Source of the DNA: Candidatus Eiseniibacteriota bacterium
GTDB lineage: Bacteria; Eisenbacteria; RBG-16-71-46; CAVPCR01
DNA length: 64,000 nt
Assembly: GCA_963702435.1 (NCBI GenBank)
Contig: CAVPCR010000002.1
Location: 160,001 to 224,000, forward strand
Direction: 5' to 3'
In this document: piece by piece, positions 1-8,931 of the stretch
How the letters are laid out: every line of letters starts with the position of its first letter
Numbering within the stretch: the stretch's first letter is position 1
Made by a program: the position numbers and the translations under genes
Notes under the pieces: generated by a model
Seen by the model: the letters and a program-made list of their open reading frames with translations, nothing else
The model's database searches: none
What the model was told of the DNA's origin: nothing

Positions 1-762
1 GGGGTGGAGGAGCGACCCCTGTCCCTCGACCACCGCCCAGGCGACGGGTCCCAGGTCGTCGATGATCTGCTCGGTGGCGCCCGCGATGAAGTCGGCGATG
101 ACGCGGTCGACCGCGATGCCGCCGCCGGCGATCAGGATCCCGGTCTGGCCCGTCGCCCCGAAGGCGGCCGCGATCCCGGCCCCGCACGCGGCGCGCACGA
201 TCTCGAGCGCGGCCGTCATCTTGCCCACGTTGCAGTCGCTGCCCACGGTGAGGACGACGAACGGGCGGCGATGCGGCGGGCTCGCGCGCACCTCGCGGGG
301 CAGGCGCAGATCGACCGGCGGGCGCCGGAGATCGATGAGCGCGACCTCGCGCCGCGCGGCGCGGGCCGCGAGATCGGGATCGTCGGCGAGGAAGACGTGC
401 AACCCGCTCATCACGTCGAGCCCGGCCTCGATCGCCTGGACGATGATCGCGCGCCAGGGCGCGGGGAGCCCCCCGCCCCGCGGGGCGATGCCGACGAGCA
501 GCGTGTCGGGATCGAGGCGGAGACCCTCCTCGAGCGTCGAAACCACGGGGGCCGGATGGTCGATTCCGAGGACTTCGCCGAGCGTGCGTCCGGCCGCGCG
601 CGAATCGAGCACGCCGGCCACCTCGCGGCCGCGATAGCGGATCAGGCCGACCGCAGTCTTCGCCGAGAACATGCCGAGGGCGCCCTCGGCCAGGATCAGG
701 AAGCGGCGAGGCCGGAGAACGGTGATGGGGATCCCTCCTGATGGGGTAGGATCGGCCGCCAT
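1..762 (-). CDS. DUF1611 family P-loop protein (DgcN-like D-glutamate N-acetyltransferase), 3' end outside window
   Basis: Not in the ORF track (no stop in window). Manual translation from ATG 762: ...AKTAVGLIRY...VGIAPRGGGLP...SGLH...TVGSDCNVGKMT...ATGQTGILI...VEGQGSLLHP, the DUF1611 motif set. Confidence 0.85.
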   Translation of the reverse strand, partial: MAADPTPSGGIPITVLRPRRFLILAEGALGMFSAKTAVGLIRYRGREVAGVLDSRAAGRTLGEVLGIDHPAPVVSTLEEGLRLDPDTLLVGIAPRGGGLPAPWRAIIVQAIEAGLDVMSGLHVFLADDPDLAARAARREVALIDLRRPPVDLRLPREVRASPPHRRPFVVLTVGSDCNVGKMTAALEIVRAACGAGIAAAFGATGQTGILIAGGGIAVDRVIADFIAGATEQIIDDLGPVAWAVVEGQGSLLHP

Positions 763-856
763 GGACCCCCGCGCGGATAGCCGAACGAACGCCCAGGGAC
801 CCGACGACGGGAGATTTCTACCACATCCCGAGCGGGAGGAGCAGCGGACGCCTCAG

Positions 857-1642
857 GTGGATCCGGAAGGGGGCATCCACTTCACGCGCTTGTTTCACGA
901 TCGCCCCGAACTCCATGCCGGCTTGAGTCTTCGCCTGGGCGGTACGAGCGCGCCCCCGTTCGCCGCCCTGAACCTCGGGGGATCGACGCCCGACGATCCG
1001 GCCGCCCTCGCCGAGAATCGCCGCCGGTTCTACGCGGCCGCCGGGCTCGATCCCGCACGGGTCGTCCGCATGCACCAGGTCCACGGCGCGCGGGTCGTCA
1101 CCGCCGCCGCGCCCGGTCATGTCGGCGAGGCGGACGGCCTCATCACCGGTCTCCCCGATCTCGCCCTCCTCGTCACGGTGGCCGATTGCCTCCCGGTCTT
1201 CCTCGCCGATCGCCCGGCCGGCGTCATCGGAGCGCTGCATGCCGGGTGGCGCGGCCTCCTCGCGGGCGTCCTCGAGACCGGAGTCGCCGCCGCGCGCGCC
1301 GCGGGCGCGGATCCCACGCGGATCGAGGTCGCGATGGGCCCGGCGATCGGGGCCTGCTGCTTCGAGGTCGGGCCCGACGTCGCCGCCCGCTTCGCGCCGG
1401 CCGCCGTCCGCCCCGGGCCGCGCGGACGACCGCACGTGGACCTCGCCGCCGCCGCCCGCGAGCGCCTCCTCGCGCTCGGAGTCCGCGCCGGCGCGATCCA
1501 CGATCCCGCGGCCTGCACGCTCTGCCGGCGGGATCTCTACTTCTCCGCCCGCAGCGGCGAGCCCACGGGCCGCATGGTCGGATTCATCGTGCGGCGCGCG
1601 GGAGGAGGCGCTCTCTTGAGCCTCCTAGGACCGGCCGAGTAG
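857..1642 (+). CDS. pgeF: YfiH/PgeF family (laccase-domain) purine nucleoside phosphorylase
   Basis: LNLG, QVHG, ADGLIT, VADCLPV, HAGWRG, GPAIGACCFEVG, CTLC...YFS motifs; start uncertain (GTG 857 chosen). Confidence 0.9.
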   Translation: MDPEGGIHFTRLFHDRPELHAGLSLRLGGTSAPPFAALNLGGSTPDDPAALAENRRRFYAAAGLDPARVVRMHQVHGARVVTAAAPGHVGEADGLITGLPDLALLVTVADCLPVFLADRPAGVIGALHAGWRGLLAGVLETGVAAARAAGADPTRIEVAMGPAIGACCFEVGPDVAARFAPAAVRPGPRGRPHVDLAAAARERLLALGVRAGAIHDPAACTLCRRDLYFSARSGEPTGRMVGFIVRRAGGGALLSLLGPAE

Positions 1643-2764
1643 CGCGGCGTAGAGCTCGATGTAGCGATCGACCGCCTGGTCGATGTCGAACCGCTCGCTC
1701 GCCGTGGCGCGCGCCGCCGCCGACACCCGCGCCCGCCGCGCCGGGTCCTTGGCCAGCGCGACGGCCAGATCCGACATGCCGGCGACGTCGCCCGGATCGA
1801 AGAGGAACCCGTTCTCCCCGTCCTGGATGACCTCCGGCATGCCGCCGACGCGCGTGGCCACGACCGGGACGCCGCAGCTCATCGCCTCGAGCGCGACGAG
1901 CCCGAAGCTCTCGAGCTCGGAGGGCAGGAGGAAGATGTCCGCGTGCGGGAGGAGCGCCTCGATGTACTCCTGATCGCCGAGGAAATTGATGCGATCGGCG
2001 ACCCCGAGCTCCTGGGCCAGCTCGCGACAGGCATGGAGCTCCGGCCCCTCCCCCACCAGGAGGAGGCGGGCCGGAACCTGCGCCGCCACGGCGTGAAAGA
2101 TCTCGACCACGCGCGGGGCGTGTTTCACCGGCCGGAAGTTCGAGGCGTGCATGAGGAGCACCTCGCCCGGACGGGCGAAGGAGCGACGCCGGTCGCCGGC
2201 GGCCAGCGGCCGGAACTTTCCCGGATCGACGAAATTGCGGATGACGTGGATCGGGTTCCTGACGTCGAAGATGGACACGGTCTGGTCGCGAAGCCACGCC
2301 GACACGGCCGTCACGGCATCGGACTGCTCGATCGAGAACTTGGTGACGCTGAAGAAGGAGGGCTGGAGCCCGACCAGCGTGATGTCGGTGCCGTGGAGCG
2401 TCGTGATCACCTGGACCGCGCGCGGCCGCACGATCTGCTTGGCGAGATAGGCGCTCACCGCGTGCGGGAGCGCGTAGTGCACGTGGAGGATGTCGAGCTC
2501 GGCGCGCTCGATCACCTCGCTCATCTTGGCCGCCAGGTTGAGCGCATAGGGCTGGTGGTTGAACAGCGGATAGCTCTCGGTCTCGACCGGATGGAAGGAG
2601 ATCCGCTCCTCGAACTCGCGGAGCCGGACCGGCACCGCGTGGGTGATGAAGTGCACCTGGTGCCCGCGGCGGGCCAGGCGCTTGCCGAGCTCGGTGGCCA
2701 CGATCCCGGAGCCGCCGGTCGTCGGATAGCAGGTGATGCCGATCGCCATCGGGCGCGCGCTCAT
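1625..2764 (-). CDS. bshA: N-acetyl-alpha-D-glucosaminyl L-malate synthase
   Basis: IGITCYPTTGGSGIVATELG, HVHYALPHA, TTLHGTDIT, HASNFRPVK, ESFGLVALEAM. Confidence 0.95.
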   Translation of the reverse strand: MSARPMAIGITCYPTTGGSGIVATELGKRLARRGHQVHFITHAVPVRLREFEERISFHPVETESYPLFNHQPYALNLAAKMSEVIERAELDILHVHYALPHAVSAYLAKQIVRPRAVQVITTLHGTDITLVGLQPSFFSVTKFSIEQSDAVTAVSAWLRDQTVSIFDVRNPIHVIRNFVDPGKFRPLAAGDRRRSFARPGEVLLMHASNFRPVKHAPRVVEIFHAVAAQVPARLLLVGEGPELHACRELAQELGVADRINFLGDQEYIEALLPHADIFLLPSELESFGLVALEAMSCGVPVVATRVGGMPEVIQDGENGFLFDPGDVAGMSDLAVALAKDPARRARVSAAARATASERFDIDQAVDRYIELYAALLGRS

Positions 2765-3483
2765 GCCTCGTCCTCCGCGGTCGCCAGGAAGCGGAACGGA
2801 TCGACCGCGGCGAGCGGTCGATCGGGAAAGAAGGCCTCCGCGTGGCCGAGGCCGAGCTCGATCCCGCAGGCGGCCGCCCGCGCCCGCACCCGCTCGAGGA
2901 AGCCGGCCGCGTTGAGCGGGGTGGCCGGACTGCCCGGGGCGCGCAGGAACTGGGAGGCATAGCAGGCGAGCGCCGCCATCTTCCGGTCGATGGTCGGGCT
3001 CACATCGATCACGATCGGCGGGCGGCCGTAGGGCTCGCGCGAGGACGGGTAGAAGAGGATGAGGCGCGGGCGATGCGGCGGGCCGGCGCCCGGCTCGTAC
3101 GCGGCGAGGCCGGCCATGAATGCGGCGCGCCTGACCAGGTGATGCCCCTCGACGTGATCGGGATGGGCGTCGCGCCCGGTCGGCGCGAGGACGAGGTCCG
3201 GCCGCTCGCGGCGGAGGAGGCCGACGACCGCTGCGAGCTGTGGCGCGGCGCGGCGATCGAGGCCCAGATCCGGGAGATCGAGCGAGACGCGACCGGCGCC
3301 GAGAACGCGCGCCGCGGCGAGCGCCTCGCGCGCGCGCTCCTCCGCCGTGCCGGCGGTCGCCCGCTCGCCGCGGGTGAGATCGGCGATCAGGACCGCGTGC
3401 CCCGCCTCGACGGCGCGCGCCAGGGTGCCGGCCGCCGCGAGCTCGACGTCGTCGGGATGGGCGCCGAAGGCGACGAGTTTCAT
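2761..3483 (-). CDS. bshB1: Bacillithiol biosynthesis deacetylase (PIG-L family)
   Basis: GAHPDDVEL, DLTRGE, HPDH, ASQF, AEAF; ATGA overlap with bshA. Confidence 0.9.
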   Translation of the reverse strand: MKLVAFGAHPDDVELAAAGTLARAVEAGHAVLIADLTRGERATAGTAEERAREALAAARVLGAGRVSLDLPDLGLDRRAAPQLAAVVGLLRRERPDLVLAPTGRDAHPDHVEGHHLVRRAAFMAGLAAYEPGAGPPHRPRLILFYPSSREPYGRPPIVIDVSPTIDRKMAALACYASQFLRAPGSPATPLNAAGFLERVRARAAACGIELGLGHAEAFFPDRPLAAVDPFRFLATAEDEA

Positions 3484-3550
3484 GCTCCCCCTCCTCGTTC
3501 TGCGCCCGCGGAGGCGCGCGCGCAATCCGGGCGCGGCCGGGGCCGCGCGA

Positions 3551-5239
3551 TCAGTCGATCGCGATCAGATGGTGCTCGCCCCGCCCGGCGCGCCCGGGCT
3601 CGAGATCCATGGCCGCGGCCGCGGCCGCGGCCGCGACGAGCGCCGCCCCGCCGAGGGCGAGGGCGCCGACCGTCGCCAGCCGCCTCTCTTGAAGTCCCGC
3701 GCGCGGGCGGAGGAAGTCCGGCAGGTGGCGAAGCCACGGCTCCGCCGCCGCCTTCCGTGATTTGTTGCGTTGGATCGCAGCCTTCCACAGGCGACCGAGC
3801 TGGTAGTCGGAGCGGGCCGCCACCGCGTCGACGAACTGATCGAGGCCGCGGCCGAGGGCGCCGAGGGCCTCCCGCGCCCGGGCGAACCCCGCCCGCTGCC
3901 CGCTCTCGAGCTCCTCGAGGGCCCGCCGCGCCGGGAGCGGGAGCTGGCGCTTGTAGTAGGCCGCCATGACGACGTGCGGCGCGCCGACCAGCGCCGAGAG
4001 CCCGCCGACCGTGGCGGCCGCGATCGCCGCCGCGCGCGCGGGAACGAGCGTGGCCGCGAGCCGCGGCAGGACCGCCGGGAGAGCGACATCGAGCCGCGCG
4101 TAGGCCGGGGCGAGCTGCGCGATGTACGCCACCTCGGCCGGTCCCAGCACGCGGGCGATGGTGGGGAGCGCGAAGTCCATGGCCAGCGGGCGCAGGGCGA
4201 CCCCCGCCCACAGCCGGCCGCCCCCCGCGAGCACCGCGCGCGCCTCGCGCGCGAAGGCGGCCGCGCTGTCTCCGGCGGCGCCGGTCGGGACGAGGCGGAC
4301 CCGCCGCGGCGGCTCCTCGCGGTAGAGCGGATGGCGCGCGGCATAGGCGCCGAGCTGGCGGCCGAGCCCGGCCGCGGCGAGCGCCTCGCCGGCGCGATCC
4401 ACGACGGCGGAATAGCCCGCGACATCCTCGAGGTAACGCGCGAAGAGCGGCGCGGCGAGCGGCCGGAGCGCCGGCATGCGCGCATCGATGACGACGAGCC
4501 CTGCGGCCCCGAGGAGCGCGTAGAGGAACGCGGCGAATCCCTCGCCCCAGTCTCCGCCGCGGTCCCAGGTCGGGCCGGCCAGCGCGAGCGCGGAAGCGGC
4601 CGCTGGCGTCTCCGGCACCGCGGCGGTCGCCGCGGCGAGAGCCGATCTCCCCGCATCCACCGGCAGCGCGCCCACCATGCGCTCCGCGGCAGCGAGCGTC
4701 GGATCGAGGGCCACGCTGTGGAGGGCGAGATCCGGACCGGCGACGGCGGCGCTCGCGATCTCGTCGAAGTCGGAATCGTCGGAGGCCGTCCAGAAGACCG
4801 GGATCACCCGCTCGCCGAGCGCGTCTTCGAGCGCCTGCGCGGCGGCGATGGCGCTCAGCGCCTTGTACAGCGTGAAGGCCGGGCCGCCGAGGAGCCCTGG
4901 TTGCTGCCCCGTGATGACGATCGGCGCGCCGGCCTTGAGCGCCGCGATCCCGCGGCGCGCCGCGTCGGGAGCGCCGGTTGCGATCGCCAGTCGCTCGACG
5001 TCCGCCCAGAGCGCGGCGCGATCGAGCGCCGGGAGCGCACCGCGGCGCGCCGCGGCCGCCGCGGTCCATCGCGAGAGCGGCGGGAGATGGGGATCGAGCG
5101 CGCGACTGCCGGTGGCAAGCGCCGTGAAGGCCGGGCCATAGCCGAGGTCGGCGAGCGGCATCCCGCCGGCGCGGGCCGGACCCGCCGCCGGCCTCGTCGC
5201 CCGCGTACCGGCGGGATCGCGCGTCCGCCCGCCGCTCAT
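3551..5239 (-). CDS. bshC: Bacillithiol cysteine-adding enzyme
   Basis: ITGQQPGLLGGPAFTLYKA, PVFWTASDDSDFDEI, LRPL, GPAEVAYIAQL, LQER. Confidence 0.9.
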   Translation of the reverse strand: MSGGRTRDPAGTRATRPAAGPARAGGMPLADLGYGPAFTALATGSRALDPHLPPLSRWTAAAAARRGALPALDRAALWADVERLAIATGAPDAARRGIAALKAGAPIVITGQQPGLLGGPAFTLYKALSAIAAAQALEDALGERVIPVFWTASDDSDFDEIASAAVAGPDLALHSVALDPTLAAAERMVGALPVDAGRSALAAATAAVPETPAAASALALAGPTWDRGGDWGEGFAAFLYALLGAAGLVVIDARMPALRPLAAPLFARYLEDVAGYSAVVDRAGEALAAAGLGRQLGAYAARHPLYREEPPRRVRLVPTGAAGDSAAAFAREARAVLAGGGRLWAGVALRPLAMDFALPTIARVLGPAEVAYIAQLAPAYARLDVALPAVLPRLAATLVPARAAAIAAATVGGLSALVGAPHVVMAAYYKRQLPLPARRALEELESGQRAGFARAREALGALGRGLDQFVDAVAARSDYQLGRLWKAAIQRNKSRKAAAEPWLRHLPDFLRPRAGLQERRLATVGALALGGAALVAAAAAAAAMDLEPGRAGRGEHHLIAID

Positions 5240-6024
5240 GCGCGCGCCCCGCCCGCCGGCGGGCGCGCGCTCGCTCGCTCGGCGAGGAGGAGGAGCCGCG
5301 GGGCCTCGGCGGTGAACGGTCCTCCCGCGTAGTCGCCGGCCGCCTCGAGCACGCGGAAGCCCGCCGCGGCGAGCCGGGCCTCGAGCGCCGCCCGGTTCCA
5401 CAGGGCGACCGATTCGACGTAGTGCGAGACCACCGGGCCGCCCGCCCGCCGCTCGACACGCACGTCCTTGAGGACGCGGCCGCGCGCGGCATCGATCCGG
5501 CGTTCTTCGATCACGCGATACTCCCCCACCTCGCGCTCCGAGCAGGGCGCGAGGTTTCGCTGCACGAGGTCCGCATTCAGGTAGTCGACCACGAACCAGC
5601 CCCGAGGATAGAGGACGCGCGCCACTTCCGACAGCGCGGCCTGGTTGTCCGCCTCGCTCTCGAAGTAGCCGAGGCTCGTGAACATGCTGAGCGCGAGATC
5701 GAAGCGCGCCGCCGCGCAGGGGAGCCGGCGGAGGTCACCGCGCACGAGCGCGCCGCCGCCCACGGCCGCGCGCGCCCGCGCGAGCAGGCTCCGCGAGAGA
5801 TCGATGCCTACCGCCCGGGCGCCGTGGCGGGAGAGCGCGGCCAGGTGCCGCCCCGCCCCGCAGGCGAGGTCGAGGACCGCCGCCCCGGCGAGCCCCGCGT
5901 GACCGCGGGCCGCGAGCGCCCGCGCCACCCAGTCGATCGCCTGTGCGGCCTCGGCCTCGTCGCGATGCGCGTAGAGCTCCACGTAGAGGTCATCGAAGGC
6001 GACCTCGAACCAGGCGCGACTCAC
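5236..6024 (-). CDS. Class I SAM-dependent methyltransferase (candidate bacillithiol N-methyltransferase, NmbA-like)
   Basis: C-terminal part of ORF 5236..6948: WFEVAFDDLYVELYAHRD, VLDLACGAGRH, FTSLGYF; 4-nt overlaps with both neighbours. Confidence 0.85.
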   Translation of the reverse strand: MSRAWFEVAFDDLYVELYAHRDEAEAAQAIDWVARALAARGHAGLAGAAVLDLACGAGRHLAALSRHGARAVGIDLSRSLLARARAAVGGGALVRGDLRRLPCAAARFDLALSMFTSLGYFESEADNQAALSEVARVLYPRGWFVVDYLNADLVQRNLAPCSEREVGEYRVIEERRIDAARGRVLKDVRVERRAGGPVVSHYVESVALWNRAALEARLAAAGFRVLEAAGDYAGGPFTAEAPRLLLLAERASARPPAGGARA

Positions 6025-6926
6025 GCACGGGCCTCGGCGTATTCGAGCCCGCGGCGGAAGGTCCGGGCGTGGATGCGCACCGTGTCGCGGACGTCCACCG
6101 CGTAGCCGCCGGCCGGCACGGCGACCACCGGCACGCGTGCCTCCTCCGCCGCCGCGAACACCCGCTCGTCGCGATCGGCGAAGTCCGCGAGCGTGAGAGC
6201 GAGCCCGCCGAGCTGGTCCGCGGCATAGGGATCGGCGCCGGCGACATAGACGAGGAGCTCCGGACGGCTCGCGAGCGTCGCCGCGAGCGCGTCCTCGAGC
6301 GCCGTCATGTACTCGCCGCCGTCGGCGCCGTCGCGGAGTCCGAGGTCGAGGTCGCTCGGCGGCTTGACCACCGGGTAGGTCCGTTCCTGGTGGATCGAGC
6401 ACGTGAACACCTGCGGCTCGCCGGCAAAGATCGCGGCGGTGCCGTTCCCCTGGTGAACGTCGAGGTCGAGGACAGCGACCCGCTCGACCCGCTCCTCGGC
6501 CAGCATGGCGCGGATGCCGATCGCGATGTCGTTCAGGACGCAGAAGCCCTCGCCGTGATCGGCGAATGCATGGTGGAAACCGCCGGCCAGGTTCCCGCCG
6601 AAACCGTGGGCGAGGGCGAGCCGGCAGGCGGTGATGGTGCCGCCGGCCGTGAGCCAGGAGGCGCGTACGAGCTCGCTCGAGTACGGGAGCTCGAGGACCA
6701 GGATCTCCTCCCGGCTCAGGCGCCCCGCTTTGAGCTTGGCGACGTACTCCGCCGTGTGCACGCGGCGCACTTCCTCGTCGGTGGCCGGCGCCGGCGCGAC
6801 GAAGTCGCCGGCTGCCGCCGCTCCGCTCTCCAGCAGGAACTGACGGGTAAGCGCGAACTTCTCCATCGGGAAGACATGCCCCCCGATGTCCGCGTAGTAG
6901 TCGTCGGAATAGACGAGACAGCCCAT
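6021..6926 (-). CDS. Histone deacetylase family Zn-dependent amidohydrolase
   Basis: HVFPMEKF, GGFHHA...GEGFCVLND, DLDVHQGNG, GADP, GGY; GGAGG RBS. Confidence 0.92.
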   Translation of the reverse strand: MGCLVYSDDYYADIGGHVFPMEKFALTRQFLLESGAAAAGDFVAPAPATDEEVRRVHTAEYVAKLKAGRLSREEILVLELPYSSELVRASWLTAGGTITACRLALAHGFGGNLAGGFHHAFADHGEGFCVLNDIAIGIRAMLAEERVERVAVLDLDVHQGNGTAAIFAGEPQVFTCSIHQERTYPVVKPPSDLDLGLRDGADGGEYMTALEDALAATLASRPELLVYVAGADPYAADQLGGLALTLADFADRDERVFAAAEEARVPVVAVPAGGYAVDVRDTVRIHARTFRRGLEYAEARA

Positions 6927-7044
6927 GCGCCGGTCCTCCGGCGCTCATTCTACACCGCGGGGCGCCCGGCGGCGGAGGCGGGGCGGACGGGCGTCGTGCA
7001 CCGAGGCGGCAGGCGCTCCGGAGCGGAGGGCGGGCGCTCTGGGC

Positions 7045-7620
7045 CTACGCCCGGCTCGCCTCCCGGTCCGGGGCTGCGCGGCCGGGGGCGATCGCCGGCG
7101 GCGCGTGCCGGATCACCCGGGCGGGAACCCCGACCGCGGTCGAGTCGTCGGGCACGTCGGCGATGACGACCGCGTTGGCGCCGATCCGAACCCGGCTTCC
7201 GATCCGGATCCGCCCGATCAGCTTGGCGCCCACGCCGACGTAGACGTCATCGCCGATCGTGACGCCGTCCTCGATCAGGTTCCCGTGCTGGACCGTCAAG
7301 TTCCGCCCGATCGTCTGGTTGTGCGGCAGGAAGACGCCGGCCCAGGTGTGGATGCAGAGCCCGGGGCCGATCGTGGTCGACTCGGGCACGTTGATCCCGT
7401 AGACCATCTCGGAGAACGTGCGCGCGGTGATGTGGATGAGGGTGAGGATCTGCTTCACGATCGGGATGCGGAAGGTCTGGAGCCAGCGTCCGAAGCGATA
7501 GATGGCGACGGCCTGGGTTCCGTAGTGGAGCCAGATCGTCACGTTCTGATCCACCCAGCTCGGGGAATTGGCGTTATGGAGGCGGGCCGCCTTGAGGTCG
7601 CCCTTCAAGTTCTCGAACAT
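7045..7620 (-). CDS. Serine O-acetyltransferase-like hexapeptide-repeat acyltransferase
   Basis: YRFGRWL, GINVP..TTIGPGLCIH, IGDDVYVGVGAKLIG, IGANAVV..DVP...TAVGVPARVI. Confidence 0.8.
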   Translation of the reverse strand: MFENLKGDLKAARLHNANSPSWVDQNVTIWLHYGTQAVAIYRFGRWLQTFRIPIVKQILTLIHITARTFSEMVYGINVPESTTIGPGLCIHTWAGVFLPHNQTIGRNLTVQHGNLIEDGVTIGDDVYVGVGAKLIGRIRIGSRVRIGANAVVIADVPDDSTAVGVPARVIRHAPPAIAPGRAAPDREASRA

Positions 7621-7631
7621 GGCTGGTTCCT

Positions 7632-8693
7632 CTATCGGCTCCCGGCGGCGCGATCCTTCGCCGCTTCCTGGACCGCCGGATCCGCGGCGAGGACGAGCTC
7701 CGCGATCTGCACTGCGTTGGTGGCCGCTCCCTTCCGCACATTGTCGGCCACGATCCACAGCATGAGGCCATGCGGACTCGCCGGGTCGCGCCGGATCCGC
7801 CCGACGTAGACCAGATCGGTGCCCGCCGCCGCCGCGGCCAGCGGATAGACCCCCACCGCCGGTTCGTCGACGACGCGGACGCCGGGTGCGACGGCGAGGA
7901 GGATGCGCGCATCCTCGGGGGAGAGCGGCCGCTCGGTCTCCACCCACACCGCCTCCGAGTGCCCGACGCGCACCGGCACGCGCACGCAGGTGGTCGAGAT
8001 GGCGAGGTCCGGGAGCCCGAGGATCTTCCGCGTCTCGTCCACCATCTTCTGCTCCTCGACGGTGGCGCCCGAATCGAGGAAGGCGCCGATCTGCGGCAGC
8101 GCCTCGAAGGCGAGCGGGTGCGCGAACACCCGGGCCGCGGGCCGCGCGCCCGCGAGCGCGCGCGCGGTCTCGCGCTCGAGCTCGTCGAGGCCCTTCTGGC
8201 CGGCTCCGGCAGCCGATTGATAGGTGGCCACGATCACGCGCCGGAGGCGCGCCGCGTCGTGGAGCGGCTTGAGCGCCATCGTGAGCTGGATGGTCGAGCA
8301 GTTCGGATTGGCGACGATCCGCCCCCGGCCGCCCTGACCGGCGGCGGCGAGGGCTCTTGCGTTCACCTCGGGCACGACGAGCGGCACATCGGGCTCCAGG
8401 CGAAAGGCGCTCGAGTTGTCGACGACGAGCGCCCCGGCCGCGGCGAACGCGGGCGCCGCCTGCCGCGAAACCTCGGCGCCGGCCGCGAAGAGGGCGAGGT
8501 CGTACCCGGACGGATCGGCGCTCGCGAGGTCGAGGACCCGATGCTCGCTCCCCGCGAAGCGGAGGCGCCGGCCCGCCGAGCGGGACGAGGCATACAGGCC
8601 GAGACGCCCGATCGGGAAGCGGCGTTCGGCGAACACCTCGAGGCACGTGCGACCGACGAGCCCCGTGGCCCCGACGATGGCGACTGCGAACAA
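7632..8693 (-). CDS. asd: Aspartate-semialdehyde dehydrogenase
   Basis: IVGATGLVG, VDNSSAFR, ANPNCST, TCVRVPVRVGHSE, DNVRKGAATNAVQIAE; TTG start after GGAGG. Confidence 0.95.
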   Translation of the reverse strand: MFAVAIVGATGLVGRTCLEVFAERRFPIGRLGLYASSRSAGRRLRFAGSEHRVLDLASADPSGYDLALFAAGAEVSRQAAPAFAAAGALVVDNSSAFRLEPDVPLVVPEVNARALAAAGQGGRGRIVANPNCSTIQLTMALKPLHDAARLRRVIVATYQSAAGAGQKGLDELERETARALAGARPAARVFAHPLAFEALPQIGAFLDSGATVEEQKMVDETRKILGLPDLAISTTCVRVPVRVGHSEAVWVETERPLSPEDARILLAVAPGVRVVDEPAVGVYPLAAAAAGTDLVYVGRIRRDPASPHGLMLWIVADNVRKGAATNAVQIAELVLAADPAVQEAAKDRAAGSR

Positions 8694-8801
8694 GGGAGCC
8701 TCCTCCGGAACCGGAACCAGGAACGCAAGAGCCCAGCCGGGGCGACACCGGGCGCGCTCTCCTAACTTGTCAGCGTGCCTCCGGGGTGTCAAGCGCCGGC
8801 G

Positions 8802-8872
8802 GCCCCGCGCCGGCGACCCGCCCCGCGCCGGCGACCCGCCCCGCGCCGGCGGCCCGCCCCGCGCCGGCGGCC
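8802..8872. repeat. 18-bp tandem repeat (gccccgcgccggcgRccc), about 4 copies
   Basis: Units start at 8802, 8820, 8838, 8856. Confidence 0.95.
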
Positions 8873-8880
8873 TGGCCCGC

Positions 8881-8910
8881 TTGACAGCCCCCGCACGGCG
8901 GGCCCATAGT
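8881..8910 (+). promoter_or_regulatory. Putative sigma-70 promoter for nfeD
   Basis: TTGACA-18 nt-CATAGT upstream of ATG 8932. Confidence 0.55.
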
Positions 8911-8931
8911 CCGGGTCACCTCCCCGAAAGG

